64,000 nt of DNA from a virus (IMGVR_UViG_3300027804_000039:64001-128000); one strand, 5' to 3'; shown: positions 17,190 through 27,153, counted from the stretch's first letter. The notes: generated from the letters alone by a model not told the origin. Numbers and translations are program-made.

Positions 17190-17798
17190 TTATTCTGCGT
17201 CGCCCGAAGAGTCAGCTGTTGTTAATTCGGTTCCATCAATCTGGGTAACTGCTACAGTACCAAGTGTTTGGCTAGCTGTTGCACCAGTATGGGTCGCAGT
17301 AATTGACAACATGTTGTCTGTACCTGTTGCACCGTTATATACACGGGCGTTGGCTGTTGTCGATAAACGAATTGCTTTTGCAATTTCGTTTTTGATGTAA
17401 AGCGCCTTAGATGTAATGCTACCGCTGGCAATATCAGTTCCTGTTGCAGGAATAAATGCATCGCGGTCATACTTAACTGTAAACGCTAAAGTTGTTGCCT
17501 GTGCATCACCGTTAGATTCGTCACTGTCTACTTCGATGTCTAAGACTTGGCAGTCTGCTAGACCGGATAGTTGATTTACAATGTTACGGAAACGCATATT
17601 TCCTCTTGCACGAGCTTTACCTTTAGCAAGGGTAGTTGGCAGATTTGCAGTTGAAAAACTGTCAGAACTGTTTGGTGTTACTCCACCGTTGTCGTCGCTG
17701 TCAGTTGTTGGGTAATAGGTTGTGTTTGTCATTGTTAACACAACTCTGTAAAAACCAGGTGCTAATTGGTTTGAGTCTTGTTGAAATCCAGATGGCAT
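17190..17798 (-). CDS. Hypothetical late (probably virion) protein
   Basis: T/A/S/D-rich ORF; TAAATA at 17821-17826 and GGAG SD upstream. Confidence 0.6.
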   Translation of the reverse strand: MPSGFQQDSNQLAPGFYRVVLTMTNTTYYPTTDSDDNGGVTPNSSDSFSTANLPTTLAKGKARARGNMRFRNIVNQLSGLADCQVLDIEVDSDESNGDAQATTLAFTVKYDRDAFIPATGTDIASGSITSKALYIKNEIAKAIRLSTTANARVYNGATGTDNMLSITATHTGATASQTLGTVAVTQIDGTELTTADSSGDAE

Positions 17799-17834
17799 GT
17801 TATGCTCCTAAGTTATCTAATATTTATCGTTATT

Positions 17835-18182
17835 TTACTTGAAAACTATCAATGCCAGCAAGGCTGCTTGGATAAAAAACCCAAGCCCAATAGTAACAAT
17901 ATTCAACAAGTCCTTTTGGATTGTTGCTTTGATAAAGAACAAAAACAAGCCCAACCAGCTAAAAAGCACCATATCTACGGGTGGCATCTTTTCAGTTAAG
18001 CCTGTTAGAATAGCAACCATAGTTGGAATGGTTGCCATATGTAGCAGAACCACAGCAATCCAACCTGCGGTTTCTGCTGAAATATGAGGTGCATGTTCTT
18101 TAATGTTTTTAACCCACAAGTCTAAATTAAATAGATCTTGAAAGAATTTTTTAACTGAAACTCTGATTGTTTCTGTATTCAT
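17835..18182 (-). CDS. Small membrane protein
   Basis: Three hydrophobic segments; AGAGGA SD. Confidence 0.6.
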   Translation of the reverse strand: MNTETIRVSVKKFFQDLFNLDLWVKNIKEHAPHISAETAGWIAVVLLHMATIPTMVAILTGLTEKMPPVDMVLFSWLGLFLFFIKATIQKDLLNIVTIGLGFFIQAALLALIVFK

Positions 18183-18192
18183 TTATGTCCTC

Positions 18193-18723
18193 TTATTTGT
18201 AAAAAATGTGACGGCCAATTTTGGCTACTTTTTCTCTTTTCCAACCCGGGTTTATGTAGTCTCCATGAAAGTACATAGCATCCTTAACAGACTGTAGTCT
18301 GAAGCCTTCTAACAATACTTTTTTGGCTACTTCCATAGATTCGTAATAAACGGGTCCATTCATAGGCTTCTTTAAAGAAGCACTATCGCAATACCAGCTA
18401 AACTGGCAAAGAACTTTTTCATATACAATGTTCTTTTGATATACAACCTTGCAGATGTCACTAGGGAATTGTCCGCTTTCTGCACGATTGATTGTAACTT
18501 GTGCAACTGCTACTTTGCCTTCAAAAGGCTCGTAGCCTGCTTCGTGATAAATGTTACGAGCAAGACAGTCTAATTGTTTCTGTCTCATATCTGCTGTAAC
18601 CGGGCTTATGGCCATTCTTGCGGTCTTTAGTGTTTCCAACTTATACGTTACCGCTTTATAACCACCTACTGCTACTAACATTAGTGCTAGAGCAAAAAAT
18701 ACAAATTTAATGATGCGTATCAT
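18193..18723 (-). CDS. Cell wall hydrolase, SleB/Hydrolase_2 family
   Basis: CLARNIYHEAGYEP.EGKVAVAQVTINR, VVYQ, QFSW, IGRHIFY; N-terminal TM helix. Confidence 0.9.
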   Translation of the reverse strand: MIRIIKFVFFALALMLVAVGGYKAVTYKLETLKTARMAISPVTADMRQKQLDCLARNIYHEAGYEPFEGKVAVAQVTINRAESGQFPSDICKVVYQKNIVYEKVLCQFSWYCDSASLKKPMNGPVYYESMEVAKKVLLEGFRLQSVKDAMYFHGDYINPGWKREKVAKIGRHIFYK

Positions 18724-18889
18724 TGTTTTCTCCTTTACGCTGGATGAGTCCTCGCTAGGGACACTTTTAATAAATGGCTTCGATACATCTCCTCATGCGT
18801 TAAAAGCCTACTGCTCGTTGTACCCCAACCTTTGAGGTACAATATATAGTTATGCCTGATCATCTCCAATAAAAACATAAGTTTTTAGG

Positions 18890-19288
18890 TTATCTACGCA
18901 TTTTACTAATATCCACTGCTTCTTCGTCGCTAAAAACGGGCACAGCATTACTTTTATGCATGGTTGCAATGCCTTTTACCTTAGTTCCTGTATAGACTTT
19001 TGGTGCAGGAACAGTGCATGGACCACCAGTAAACGGTAAACTTGGATGTTTAACATCTGTGCCATATCGGGTATATGGCTTGTTATCTGGCTTCCAAACA
19101 TCGGCAGTTAGAGCACGTTTACGCTTTTTCTCTTCTGCTTCGATGCCCCATTTCTTTTGTAGCTCTTTCCAAGATTCGTCCAATTCTCTAGCCTTTCTAG
19201 CATGTTCTGCTGAAGCAAATTTCTTTTTACCTTTTTGCTTGCCTGTAGTACTAAGCCACGGGCCTTCTAAATGCATACTCAAAATCAT
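18890..19288 (-). CDS. Conserved hypothetical phage protein
   Basis: YTGTKVKGIATMHKSNAVPVFS motif, which I recall from T4-like phages. Confidence 0.65.
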   Translation of the reverse strand: MILSMHLEGPWLSTTGKQKGKKKFASAEHARKARELDESWKELQKKWGIEAEEKKRKRALTADVWKPDNKPYTRYGTDVKHPSLPFTGGPCTVPAPKVYTGTKVKGIATMHKSNAVPVFSDEEAVDISKMRR

Positions 19289-19313
19289 TCTCCAAAAATA
19301 ATACTATTCCGTT

Positions 19314-19342
19314 ATTATATAGGAGATTTTGGTTTATGTCAA
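19314..19342 (-). promoter_or_regulatory. Perfect sigma70 consensus promoter
   Basis: TTGACA-17 nt-TATAAT. Confidence 0.85.
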
Positions 19343-19347
19343 ATGTT

Positions 19348-19674
19348 TTAGACTCGAAAACTTTCGCCGCAGCCACAGCGATCCTTTTCGTTTGGATTTT
19401 GGAATTCAAATCCTTCGTTGAGTCCGTTTCGAACCCAATCAATGCACAGGCCTTTAATGTAAACTAATGACTTTTGATCAACCAAAACAACAAAGTCGTC
19501 CTGTGCATAATTAGTAACACCCATTTCTGCCTCGTAGGTGTCTACATATTCAAGTGTATAGGCAAGGCCGCTACAGCCTGTAGTTTTGACACCAACTCGA
19601 ATGCCAACACCCTTACCTCTGTTTTTTAAAAGTTGTTTAATTTTCTGTCGAGCTGTGTCGGTTACGGTAATCAT
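19348..19674 (-). CDS. iscA: Fe-S cluster assembly protein IscA (HesB family)
   Basis: GIRVGVKTTGCSGLAY, FQNPNEKDRCGCGESF; start at MITVT 19674. Confidence 0.93.
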   Translation of the reverse strand: MITVTDTARQKIKQLLKNRGKGVGIRVGVKTTGCSGLAYTLEYVDTYEAEMGVTNYAQDDFVVLVDQKSLVYIKGLCIDWVRNGLNEGFEFQNPNEKDRCGCGESFRV

Positions 19675-20032
19675 TGACTGCGGCCTTGATTGCATCTTCT
19701 GCTAGGATACTACAATGTATTTTAACTGGCGGTAATGCTAATTCTTCTGCGATGGCTGAGTTTTTGATTGTTCCGGCTTCGTCAAGTGTTTTGCCTTTAA
19801 GCCATTCTGTAACGAGGCTCGAGCTTGCAATAGCCGATCCGCAGCCATACGTTTTAAATTTCGCATCTGTAATAATACCTGTATCATCGTCCACCTTTAT
19901 TTGTAATTTCATCACATCACCACAAGCTGGTGCGCCTACCATACCAGTTCCAACAGTTGGATCATTTTTATCAAAACTTCCCACGTTGCGGGGATTTTCG
20001 TAATGATCTATAACTTGATTACTATATGCCAT
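19637..20032 (-). CDS. iscU: Fe-S cluster scaffold IscU
   Basis: MAYSNQVIDHYENPRNVG, GAPACGDVM, KTYGCGSAIASSS, LPPVKIHCSILAEDAI. Confidence 0.97.
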   Translation of the reverse strand: MAYSNQVIDHYENPRNVGSFDKNDPTVGTGMVGAPACGDVMKLQIKVDDDTGIITDAKFKTYGCGSAIASSSLVTEWLKGKTLDEAGTIKNSAIAEELALPPVKIHCSILAEDAIKAAVNDYRNRHSSTEN

Positions 20033-20033
20033 T

Positions 20034-20723
20034 TTATTCTCCCGTTTTGGTATTTATTTGTTGACAATAATTGGTTAAAAAATGCTCATTGTGCCAAGCA
20101 TCGGACATGGGACTATTTGCATAATCGCTAAAACACGGAGTCCCTAATGTATAATGTATTAAATTGGCATCTGCATTGTCGCCGTACTCGTCTGCTAACC
20201 AGTTCCATTCAATAGGCAGTTCTCCAATCTTATCATCTGTGAGCCAGCCAAATTGATGCAGTTGTTGCCCTGTTGATGCAGATACTGTTTTAGGTGTTAG
20301 TGCCGTGTTTGACGGATGACCGCAATTCCACAGTATAACACTAGACCAATTCTTACGTGGGTAATCTTCGTTTTTAGATCCTAGATATTTTGTGGATGCT
20401 TTAGTTTTGTAATCGTGTTTGACAACCATAACTGCTTTTGATTCGTCACAGAAACTTAACAAAGAACTTATATCGTTTCTTACAACCATATCACCGTCTA
20501 TATAAATTGCCCACCCTCGATAGTTCATTAAACTAGGAACTAGGAACCTTGTATAAACAAATTGATTGCTACCATCAGTGTGTATTTCGTTATACTGTTT
20601 GAGTGTGTTTAATGCAAGAGGGGTTATGCTTACTGGCAATAAGGAATGTCTAATAATACTATTAGAACATACGTGAAACGCAACAGGTTCCTTAGTATCG
20701 TATCCTATAAAAACTGGAATCAT
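20034..20723 (-). CDS. Glycosyltransferase (GT-A fold, GT8-like)
   Basis: FIGYD..E, FVYTRFLVP, YIDGDM (DxD), YPRKNWSSVILWNC, EWNWL, HYTLGTP. Confidence 0.8.
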   Translation of the reverse strand: MIPVFIGYDTKEPVAFHVCSNSIIRHSLLPVSITPLALNTLKQYNEIHTDGSNQFVYTRFLVPSLMNYRGWAIYIDGDMVVRNDISSLLSFCDESKAVMVVKHDYKTKASTKYLGSKNEDYPRKNWSSVILWNCGHPSNTALTPKTVSASTGQQLHQFGWLTDDKIGELPIEWNWLADEYGDNADANLIHYTLGTPCFSDYANSPMSDAWHNEHFLTNYCQQINTKTGE

Positions 20724-21529
20724 TTGTGTCGGACCTTTAGAGTATTTGATTCAAATGAACGCCCAATGATTGATAAAATCAAACACCTACAAATATCATC
20801 TGTAAATTCTTTTTGATTATTGCATACTATCTCTATTTCAATATTGCCGTTAGTTGATGCCCATGGGCGCAACACTTCAATATCGGCGTTTGCCTTGATA
20901 GTAAAATTAGAGCTAGACAATCTTTGTCTAATAAAACTATTCCATTGAATAACATTTGATTTGACTGAGTGCTTGTCTAGATTAATATGAGGAATAATAG
21001 AACCGTGATCTGCTACTAATTCTATTTCCAAGTCATCAGACGGAGTTAGTTTAAAAACTTCCATTGATTCTAGAAAATCAAATTGGACTCCGCCTGTATT
21101 AAAATATAAGCATCTCACATCGTCATCTTTCTGAAAAAGTTTTATTATGTGATTGCGTATTGATCCAGGATGTATTACATTTGACTGTATTCTTGGATTA
21201 TAATGAACTGATAGCGGGTGACTAAATCCGCTGTTCAAGTATGTATCTGCTAACCAACATATTTTAGGGAATAACCTTTTGTTAAAGTTCTCAACGGTAT
21301 CTGGGTCTTGATAGTGCTTGTTCTTTATGTAATCTGTTATAGATTCAAGAAGTAATTCAGAACTTTTTAATAAAAGGTTTTCTTTTTTAATATTCCCAAT
21401 ATATAGATTTTCAGTTTTTCGTTTATAGTTATAAAAAAACTCTATCCTTTGTTCAGTGCCGTATACTGGTATAGTTTCAAGATGAAACGGTTCCGACGGG
21501 TTTAACTTGTAAGGATAGGAATTTTCCAT
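20720..21529 (-). CDS. Hypothetical protein
   Basis: 269 aa ORF coupled to its neighbours; AT-rich. Confidence 0.6.
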   Translation of the reverse strand: MENSYPYKLNPSEPFHLETIPVYGTEQRIEFFYNYKRKTENLYIGNIKKENLLLKSSELLLESITDYIKNKHYQDPDTVENFNKRLFPKICWLADTYLNSGFSHPLSVHYNPRIQSNVIHPGSIRNHIIKLFQKDDDVRCLYFNTGGVQFDFLESMEVFKLTPSDDLEIELVADHGSIIPHINLDKHSVKSNVIQWNSFIRQRLSSSNFTIKANADIEVLRPWASTNGNIEIEIVCNNQKEFTDDICRCLILSIIGRSFESNTLKVRHK

Positions 21530-21532
21530 TCA

Positions 21533-21727
21533 TTATTTTGTTTCTTTACGAGCGTTTTTAACTGCCGTTACGTCGTTACGAACTTCTTTACAAAGTTTAG
21601 CTAGTTCTTGTAAATGCTTGCGAACACGGGTTCCAGCTGCACCAACTTCTTTGTCATAAAACTTTTCGAAATCGCCTTCCATTGCTTCTACGATTGCTGT
21701 GAATTCTGAATGTCTATTTTGTGCCAT
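21533..21727 (-). CDS. Histone H1-like protein Hc1 family
   Basis: DFEKFYDKEVGAAGTRVRKHLQELAKLCKEVR matches the Hc1 pattern (F.K.N.AAG.R.RK.L.EL). Confidence 0.65.
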   Translation of the reverse strand: MAQNRHSEFTAIVEAMEGDFEKFYDKEVGAAGTRVRKHLQELAKLCKEVRNDVTAVKNARKETK

Positions 21728-21811
21728 TTTGATCTCCTTTAAATGGTGAGTGTGTCACTCTGCTTGTAATTTAGCAGGCTGTAATACTTAGTGTCAATTT
21801 TTTTGGTGGGA

Positions 21812-22066
21812 TTATTTTCCGGCGAAAACGTTTGTACTGCCGTTGTCAATTACGCCGCCGTCACTCATACCGTCACTTTCTCTGCCAATTCCCTTGTCTT
21901 CAACAAATACAGTAGTGGAGGGAGCGACTACTGTTCGTCCTCGGGAATTAGCAGAAGTGGCAAATACAGTTTTAGAATCGTTTGTGATTACTGAGTTCGC
22001 ACCAGAGGAGAAAATGGATCTACTTCCGGTATCTTTTCCAACTCGGGCTACGCTGTCTTTACTCAT
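21812..22066 (-). CDS. PAAR-like spike tip protein (T4 gp5.4-like)
   Basis: VARVGKD...TVFVEDKGIGRESD...GGVIDNGSTNVFAG. Confidence 0.6.
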   Translation of the reverse strand: MSKDSVARVGKDTGSRSIFSSGANSVITNDSKTVFATSANSRGRTVVAPSTTVFVEDKGIGRESDGMSDGGVIDNGSTNVFAGK

Positions 22067-22785
22067 TATGGTTGTTTAGTATTTGGAAGTTGAGCTTCGG
22101 GCACACCAAGTAAACTGGTTCTTACCTGTGCTTTTTTCTCTGCTATAGCACCCTTAACTTCTTCTGCTACTCCAAATAACTTATTCCATCCCTTCTTAAC
22201 GGAATCCCATAATCCTGCTGCACCCGAACCAACCCATGCTTTTTGTATCAACCATTTAGATTGTTCTATGGCATACCCTTGGGCCGCCGCAATTCCATAA
22301 TTTGTAGCAGATACAACTTGGCTTTGTAAGTTTAAGTTAGCAACATCAGTAACTGTTGATGTTACCATGTTTTGTAAATCACCAGTCGTAACCACGGTAG
22401 GTGGTAAATTTGCTCTTTCTAATGCAGCATTTGTTGTTTTCTGATTGAAACTGTTATTTTTAACTTGATCAATGTAAGCAAGTTGAGCAGTAGTTGTCTG
22501 AAGTTGTATAGCGGAGCCCATTGAATTAACTGCCTGTATCAGTACTTGAAGATTGGCATTTATTTCCTTTGTCTGTGCGACTAAGTCTACCATTTGTGAA
22601 GACATATCATTTAGAGATGATGCACATACATATAGTGTTGAGACCGGTGTTCCTGGTGTTTTTAACCCCATCGGGGACAGGTTGTTTGTAAGTATCGTTG
22701 TTAATGCATTAATTGCCGCTACTTCAACAGCGTCAGTAATTGTAACATTTCCACCGGTACTAAACGTTGCAGTGACTAGTGCCAT
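22066..22785 (-). CDS. Hypothetical late protein
   Basis: TAAATA at 22805-22810 and AGGAG SD; A/T/Q-rich helical protein. Confidence 0.6.
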   Translation of the reverse strand: MALVTATFSTGGNVTITDAVEVAAINALTTILTNNLSPMGLKTPGTPVSTLYVCASSLNDMSSQMVDLVAQTKEINANLQVLIQAVNSMGSAIQLQTTTAQLAYIDQVKNNSFNQKTTNAALERANLPPTVVTTGDLQNMVTSTVTDVANLNLQSQVVSATNYGIAAAQGYAIEQSKWLIQKAWVGSGAAGLWDSVKKGWNKLFGVAEEVKGAIAEKKAQVRTSLLGVPEAQLPNTKQP

Positions 22786-22807
22786 AATTTTCTCCTATGT
22801 GGAGTAT

Positions 22808-23098
22808 TTATGCTAGTTTTATACCCGAGGTTGACTCAATGAATTGATCGGCAAACTGCTTGTCTGTTGCTTCTGCTACGGTTACTGTAGTTTTAAGAAG
22901 TTTAACTTCTTTATCTGGATGTACTGTAAACAAGTAAGGCATCAATCCCGGTCCCTTTGCACCCATACCAATAACCATTGGTTTGCTTAGTTTGTAGTAT
23001 GTTGCTGTTTCTTCTGTGAGTTTAGCAACGATTTCTTCTCCGCTTGTAAGTTTTAGTGTAATTACTTCACCTACTGTTACGCCTTTATCAATTAACAT
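22808..23098 (-). CDS. Conserved hypothetical phage protein
   Basis: GEVITLKLTSGEEIVAKL; AAGGA SD. Confidence 0.6.
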   Translation of the reverse strand: MLIDKGVTVGEVITLKLTSGEEIVAKLTEETATYYKLSKPMVIGMGAKGPGLMPYLFTVHPDKEVKLLKTTVTVAEATDKQFADQFIESTSGIKLA

Positions 23099-23107
23099 AT
23101 TAGTCCT

Positions 23108-23344
23108 TTATAATGTTGTCCAAAATTCTTCTGGTTGGCCTGCAAGTCCTTGAAACCCGCCTGGTAATAGTACGCCGTCTTTAAAAATCTGCGGGACTGA
23201 ACGTAATCCTTGATCTACTAAAAATTCTCGTTCTCCGGGATTTTCTTCAATATTTACGGCTATATAAACTTTGCCTTTGCTTTCTAACAGAGACTTAGCT
23301 CTATCGCAAAACGGGCAGTTATTTTTTGTATAAACTTTAATCAT
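23108..23344 (-). CDS. Glutaredoxin (NrdH/GrxC-like)
   Basis: CPFC active site, SVPQIF; next to nrdB. Confidence 0.92.
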   Translation of the reverse strand: MIKVYTKNNCPFCDRAKSLLESKGKVYIAVNIEENPGEREFLVDQGLRSVPQIFKDGVLLPGGFQGLAGQPEEFWTTL

Positions 23345-23364
23345 ATTTGTTTCCTAAAACTTAA

Positions 23365-24465
23365 TTATAATTCCGGTAATGCTTCGTAGTCAATAGCATC
23401 CGACATGACACCAATCACATAATTAGTGCTTTCGCTTTCTTGCAATGCTGTTTGCTTTTTGCTAGTATCTGAATGTTTGTTGAACCAAGGAATTGGAGTT
23501 GTTTTGGACGCTGGGTTCCAATACTTAATACCAATGTCCTTTAAAGCGCCAACTGCTGTATAATCAACAAAGTCCTTAAGAATGTTTGCGTTAAGACCAA
23601 TAACTGGTCCTTTCATAAACAAGTAGTCGGCCCAGGCCTTTTCTTCGGCAATGACATCTCTGTATATCTGCAGAACTTCTTCTTGGCATTCCTGTGCTGC
23701 TCGAGCAAAACGTGGATCTTCTTTAACTACTTGATTAATCAAGAAAGCTGTCCAACCTTTGTGTAGCAGTTCGTCTTGTAGAATTAAACTGATAATGTTG
23801 CCGTTACCAATAAAGATTTTGTTCTCAACCATTGCTAGACTTGTAGCAAAACTAACCATAAAGCGGAATGCTTCTAACGCATACGATGCGTGTAGTGCTA
23901 GATAGATTGCCTTGATATGATATTCTTCTTCAACATGTAATCCAGACTCTACATTACAGTTGGCGACGTGTAGCTTATCGTAATACTTGCCAACACTACT
24001 GGCCATATTAACAATCTCTTGTGTGTCGTGAATAGTGTTAAACACTTCCTTGGGTACGTTGTAGATGTTACGAATAATATGACTGTAACTGCGACTATGA
24101 ATGTTTGTTTCAAAGAATGTCCAGTTGTAGACTAGTGCCTCTAACTCTGGCAAACTTATGACCGGAGTAAAGATTTGACTTGGGCCGCGACCTTGCAAAC
24201 TGTCAAGAGCAGTTTGCCTAAGCAGGTTACTAGTGAAGATATGTTTAACTGCATCCGATGCATCCTTAAAGTCTTGTGCATCTTTTGTCAGACTAATCTC
24301 TTCTGGCACCCAAAAGAAACCACGTGCTGTTTTTTCAAAGTCTGCAATTTTATTATATTTGACTTCTTCAAATCGTTGTATAGTCACTGGTCCGGCAGGA
24401 TCCAAAAACATTTTACGATTTGTATAGTCCGTCTTTGTCTGTAGGTTATATTGTTGTTTGCTCAT
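23365..24465 (-). CDS. nrdB: Ribonucleotide reductase class Ia beta subunit
   Basis: FFWVPEEI, LDSLQGRGP, ETNIHSRSY (radical Tyr), LEAFRF, DELLH. Confidence 0.96.
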   Translation of the reverse strand: MSKQQYNLQTKTDYTNRKMFLDPAGPVTIQRFEEVKYNKIADFEKTARGFFWVPEEISLTKDAQDFKDASDAVKHIFTSNLLRQTALDSLQGRGPSQIFTPVISLPELEALVYNWTFFETNIHSRSYSHIIRNIYNVPKEVFNTIHDTQEIVNMASSVGKYYDKLHVANCNVESGLHVEEEYHIKAIYLALHASYALEAFRFMVSFATSLAMVENKIFIGNGNIISLILQDELLHKGWTAFLINQVVKEDPRFARAAQECQEEVLQIYRDVIAEEKAWADYLFMKGPVIGLNANILKDFVDYTAVGALKDIGIKYWNPASKTTPIPWFNKHSDTSKKQTALQESESTNYVIGVMSDAIDYEALPEL

Positions 24466-24635
24466 TTCGTTTCTAGTTCAATTCTTCCGTCTATAATTTT
24501 AATGCCTGTTACTCTTTTACCATCAACATAAACAGGTGTGTCATTCCAATCTTTCTTAACAGATCCGGCATTTGGCTTATGGGCTATCTGTTGCCATGCT
24601 TTGAATAATTCTTGTTGTAAATCGTATGCATCCAT
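24462..24635 (-). CDS. Small hypothetical protein (57 aa) between nrdA and nrdB
   Basis: MDAYDLQQELFKAWQQ...IELETK*; TAATG overlap with nrdA and ATGA overlap with nrdB. Confidence 0.7.
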   Translation of the reverse strand: MDAYDLQQELFKAWQQIAHKPNAGSVKKDWNDTPVYVDGKRVTGIKIIDGRIELETK

Positions 24636-26983
24636 TATAACTTACATGCCTCGCAATCTTCTTCTAACATTTCAACTTCTACATGATGTCCGTTCATACC
24701 AGCAGTATGATGTCCATTGACTTCTGTTGCTACTTCGACTGCTTTACTACCTGCCTTGTTAATTAGGCTGTAGTAAAAAGTTTTTAATCCCCACATCTGC
24801 GCCTGCATTAAGTTCTTAGCGATTAACGTTGTTGGAACCTTACGCTCTGAAAAGTGTGCTGGGTTGTAGAATGTGTTTGTACTAATACTTTGATCTACAT
24901 AGGCCGCTAGTACCGCCGCAGTCTTTAAGTAACCGTCACAGTCTTTTTGTTCCCACATCAACTGATACTTGTTCTTTAGTTTATGATAGTCTGGAACAAC
25001 TTGTGTGAATGATCCTGCCTTGGACTCTTTGGTACTGATAAGACTCATAGGCATTTCTATTCCATTAGTACTATTAATAACAACACTACTAGACTCAACT
25101 GGAGCAATAGCCATAAGAGTAGCATTTCGTACACCATGTTCTTTCATCTCCTTACGTAGTGGTTCCCAATCTAGTTCTGGTGTAAAGTCTGCCAATTCAT
25201 TGACACCTTTGGCACGTAGTTCCCAAGGGAATATGCCTTTGCCATATCGGGTATGTGAGCTATGCTGACAAGCACCTCGTTCTTTGGCAAGCTCAACAGT
25301 TGCTTCTGTTAAGTAGTAGGCCTGATGTTCCATCCAGCTCTTAACTTCTGCTAATGCATCTTTCTCACCGTACTTGAGGCTACGTTTGGCGTGCCAGTAG
25401 GCTAAGTTAGTAACACCAATACCTAATGGTTGTATTTCATCGTTGCTTAACTTAGACTGAATGCTTAAGAAGTCTTGGTAGTCCAGTATGTTGCATAGAC
25501 TACGCTGAAGGATGCGGCAAGCTCTACGCATATCCTCAGGATTTCTAAATGCTCCCCAGTTAATGGAGCCCAAAGTACAAAGAGCAATGCGGCCAGCATC
25601 GTCATCGAGACGCTTAAATGGCTTAGTAGGTAATAGAATTTCACAGCAAAGGTTACTCTGATAAATTGTATGATACTCAGGATCAAATGGTCCTTGGTTC
25701 ATTACATTGTCGATGAACACAAGATAGATACGTCCTGTGTCTGTACGTTCTTTTAGTATTCCACTCTTGAATACTTCTTCTGCTGACATTGTTTTCTTAC
25801 GTAGGCCGGCTTGCTTCTCATACTTAACATAAAGCTGTTCAAAACGTTCTGTGTTGCTGTAGAAGGCTTCATATAAGTCAGGCACTTCATTAGGATCAAA
25901 AAACGTAATGTTTTCTTTATTTTTGAAACGACGCCAAAAGAACGCTGATAGTACAACTCCGTAGTCCATGTGTCTAACGCGAGTTTCTTCAGTTCCTTGA
26001 TTATTTTTGAGAACGATAAGATCATCAAACTGATGATGCCAAATAGGATAAAAGACTGTAGCACTTGCGTTACGTATTCCACCTTGACTGCAACTCCTTA
26101 AGTCACCAAACCATTTCTTTAAGAAAGGAATCATGCCAGTGTGCATGATTTCACCACCACGGATAGGACTACCCAACGGACGTAGACGACCAATTTCTAA
26201 ACCAATGCCTGCACGTTTGCTGGCATACTTGGCCATCATCTCTCCAGAAGCAAATATGCTATCCAGATCGTCGTCACTGCGGATAAGCACACAACTAGAA
26301 AACTGTTTAGTTGGAGTGCCAAGACCAGCCAACACAGGTGTAGCAAGAGTAAACAAACCATCGGATGCCGCATTATAATATTCTTTAATGTAACGCATCC
26401 TTGCAGTGTTTGGCTCTTCCTTATGGAACACAGTTGCTGCCGCCACCATGTATCTAATTTGTGGAGTTTCATAAATTTCCTTTGTCGCACGATTGCGTAC
26501 CAAATACTTCTCTATTAACTGCTCAATAGCGGCATAACTGTACATCTCGTCCTTAGAATGATCTAGCATATCATTCATGCGATTCCAATCGTCTTCACTG
26601 TACCAGTTTAACAGTTCTGGAGTATAAAGTCCAACTGCAATATTCTTTTTAACTATCTCATATAAATGCAAAGGAGTATAGTCGCCGTAGACATCCTTAC
26701 GCAACATACTCAAGCGTTGCTTGCCTGCTACATATTGATAATTGGTGTGTCCAACATCTGGATTATGTTCCACATCGATTAAGTCAACTATCGCTCTTAA
26801 TGTTATTTCGTCAATCTCTTGTGTTGTAATGCCGTCATAAAAGTGTGGCTGACTTTTGATTTCAATCATACTCTGACTTACATCAGCGATTCCACTACAA
26901 ACTTTTGCTACCTGAGCTTGCCACTTTTCTACCGCTAGTGACTCGCGTTTTCCTGATCTTTTTATTACTGTAATTGTGTTCAT
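24635..26983 (-). CDS. nrdA: Ribonucleotide reductase class Ia alpha subunit
   Basis: ATP cone, FSSCVL, QSNLCCEI, ALCTL, APVESSS, C-terminal CEACKL. Confidence 0.97.
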   Translation of the reverse strand: MNTITVIKRSGKRESLAVEKWQAQVAKVCSGIADVSQSMIEIKSQPHFYDGITTQEIDEITLRAIVDLIDVEHNPDVGHTNYQYVAGKQRLSMLRKDVYGDYTPLHLYEIVKKNIAVGLYTPELLNWYSEDDWNRMNDMLDHSKDEMYSYAAIEQLIEKYLVRNRATKEIYETPQIRYMVAAATVFHKEEPNTARMRYIKEYYNAASDGLFTLATPVLAGLGTPTKQFSSCVLIRSDDDLDSIFASGEMMAKYASKRAGIGLEIGRLRPLGSPIRGGEIMHTGMIPFLKKWFGDLRSCSQGGIRNASATVFYPIWHHQFDDLIVLKNNQGTEETRVRHMDYGVVLSAFFWRRFKNKENITFFDPNEVPDLYEAFYSNTERFEQLYVKYEKQAGLRKKTMSAEEVFKSGILKERTDTGRIYLVFIDNVMNQGPFDPEYHTIYQSNLCCEILLPTKPFKRLDDDAGRIALCTLGSINWGAFRNPEDMRRACRILQRSLCNILDYQDFLSIQSKLSNDEIQPLGIGVTNLAYWHAKRSLKYGEKDALAEVKSWMEHQAYYLTEATVELAKERGACQHSSHTRYGKGIFPWELRAKGVNELADFTPELDWEPLRKEMKEHGVRNATLMAIAPVESSSVVINSTNGIEMPMSLISTKESKAGSFTQVVPDYHKLKNKYQLMWEQKDCDGYLKTAAVLAAYVDQSISTNTFYNPAHFSERKVPTTLIAKNLMQAQMWGLKTFYYSLINKAGSKAVEVATEVNGHHTAGMNGHHVEVEMLEEDCEACKL

Positions 26984-27153
26984 GTCCTATCGCTCGTATT
27001 GTTGAAATGGTATCATTCTTTTTATTTTAGAGAGTATTTAGTGATCAATTGAAAAACAAAAATGCCTTATGATAACCAACGTTTAACTGTTGATTTTCTA
27101 AGGCTTTTGGAAATTTTTTATTATTTACGTACCTTATCACAATAGCGTATTAA

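Noticed and set aside
9918-20032. Interpreting the host-like genes (dnaK, clpS, iscU, iscA, rpsU) as a bacterial chromosome or chimeric contig
   Set aside because: They are interleaved with phage-type genes, are tightly packed, and share phage late and early promoter motifs; there is no full isc or dnaKJ operon context.
23365-26983. Possible intron or intein in nrdA/nrdB
   Set aside because: Both genes are continuous and of normal length; the gap between them holds a coupled 57-aa ORF with no homing endonuclease motifs.
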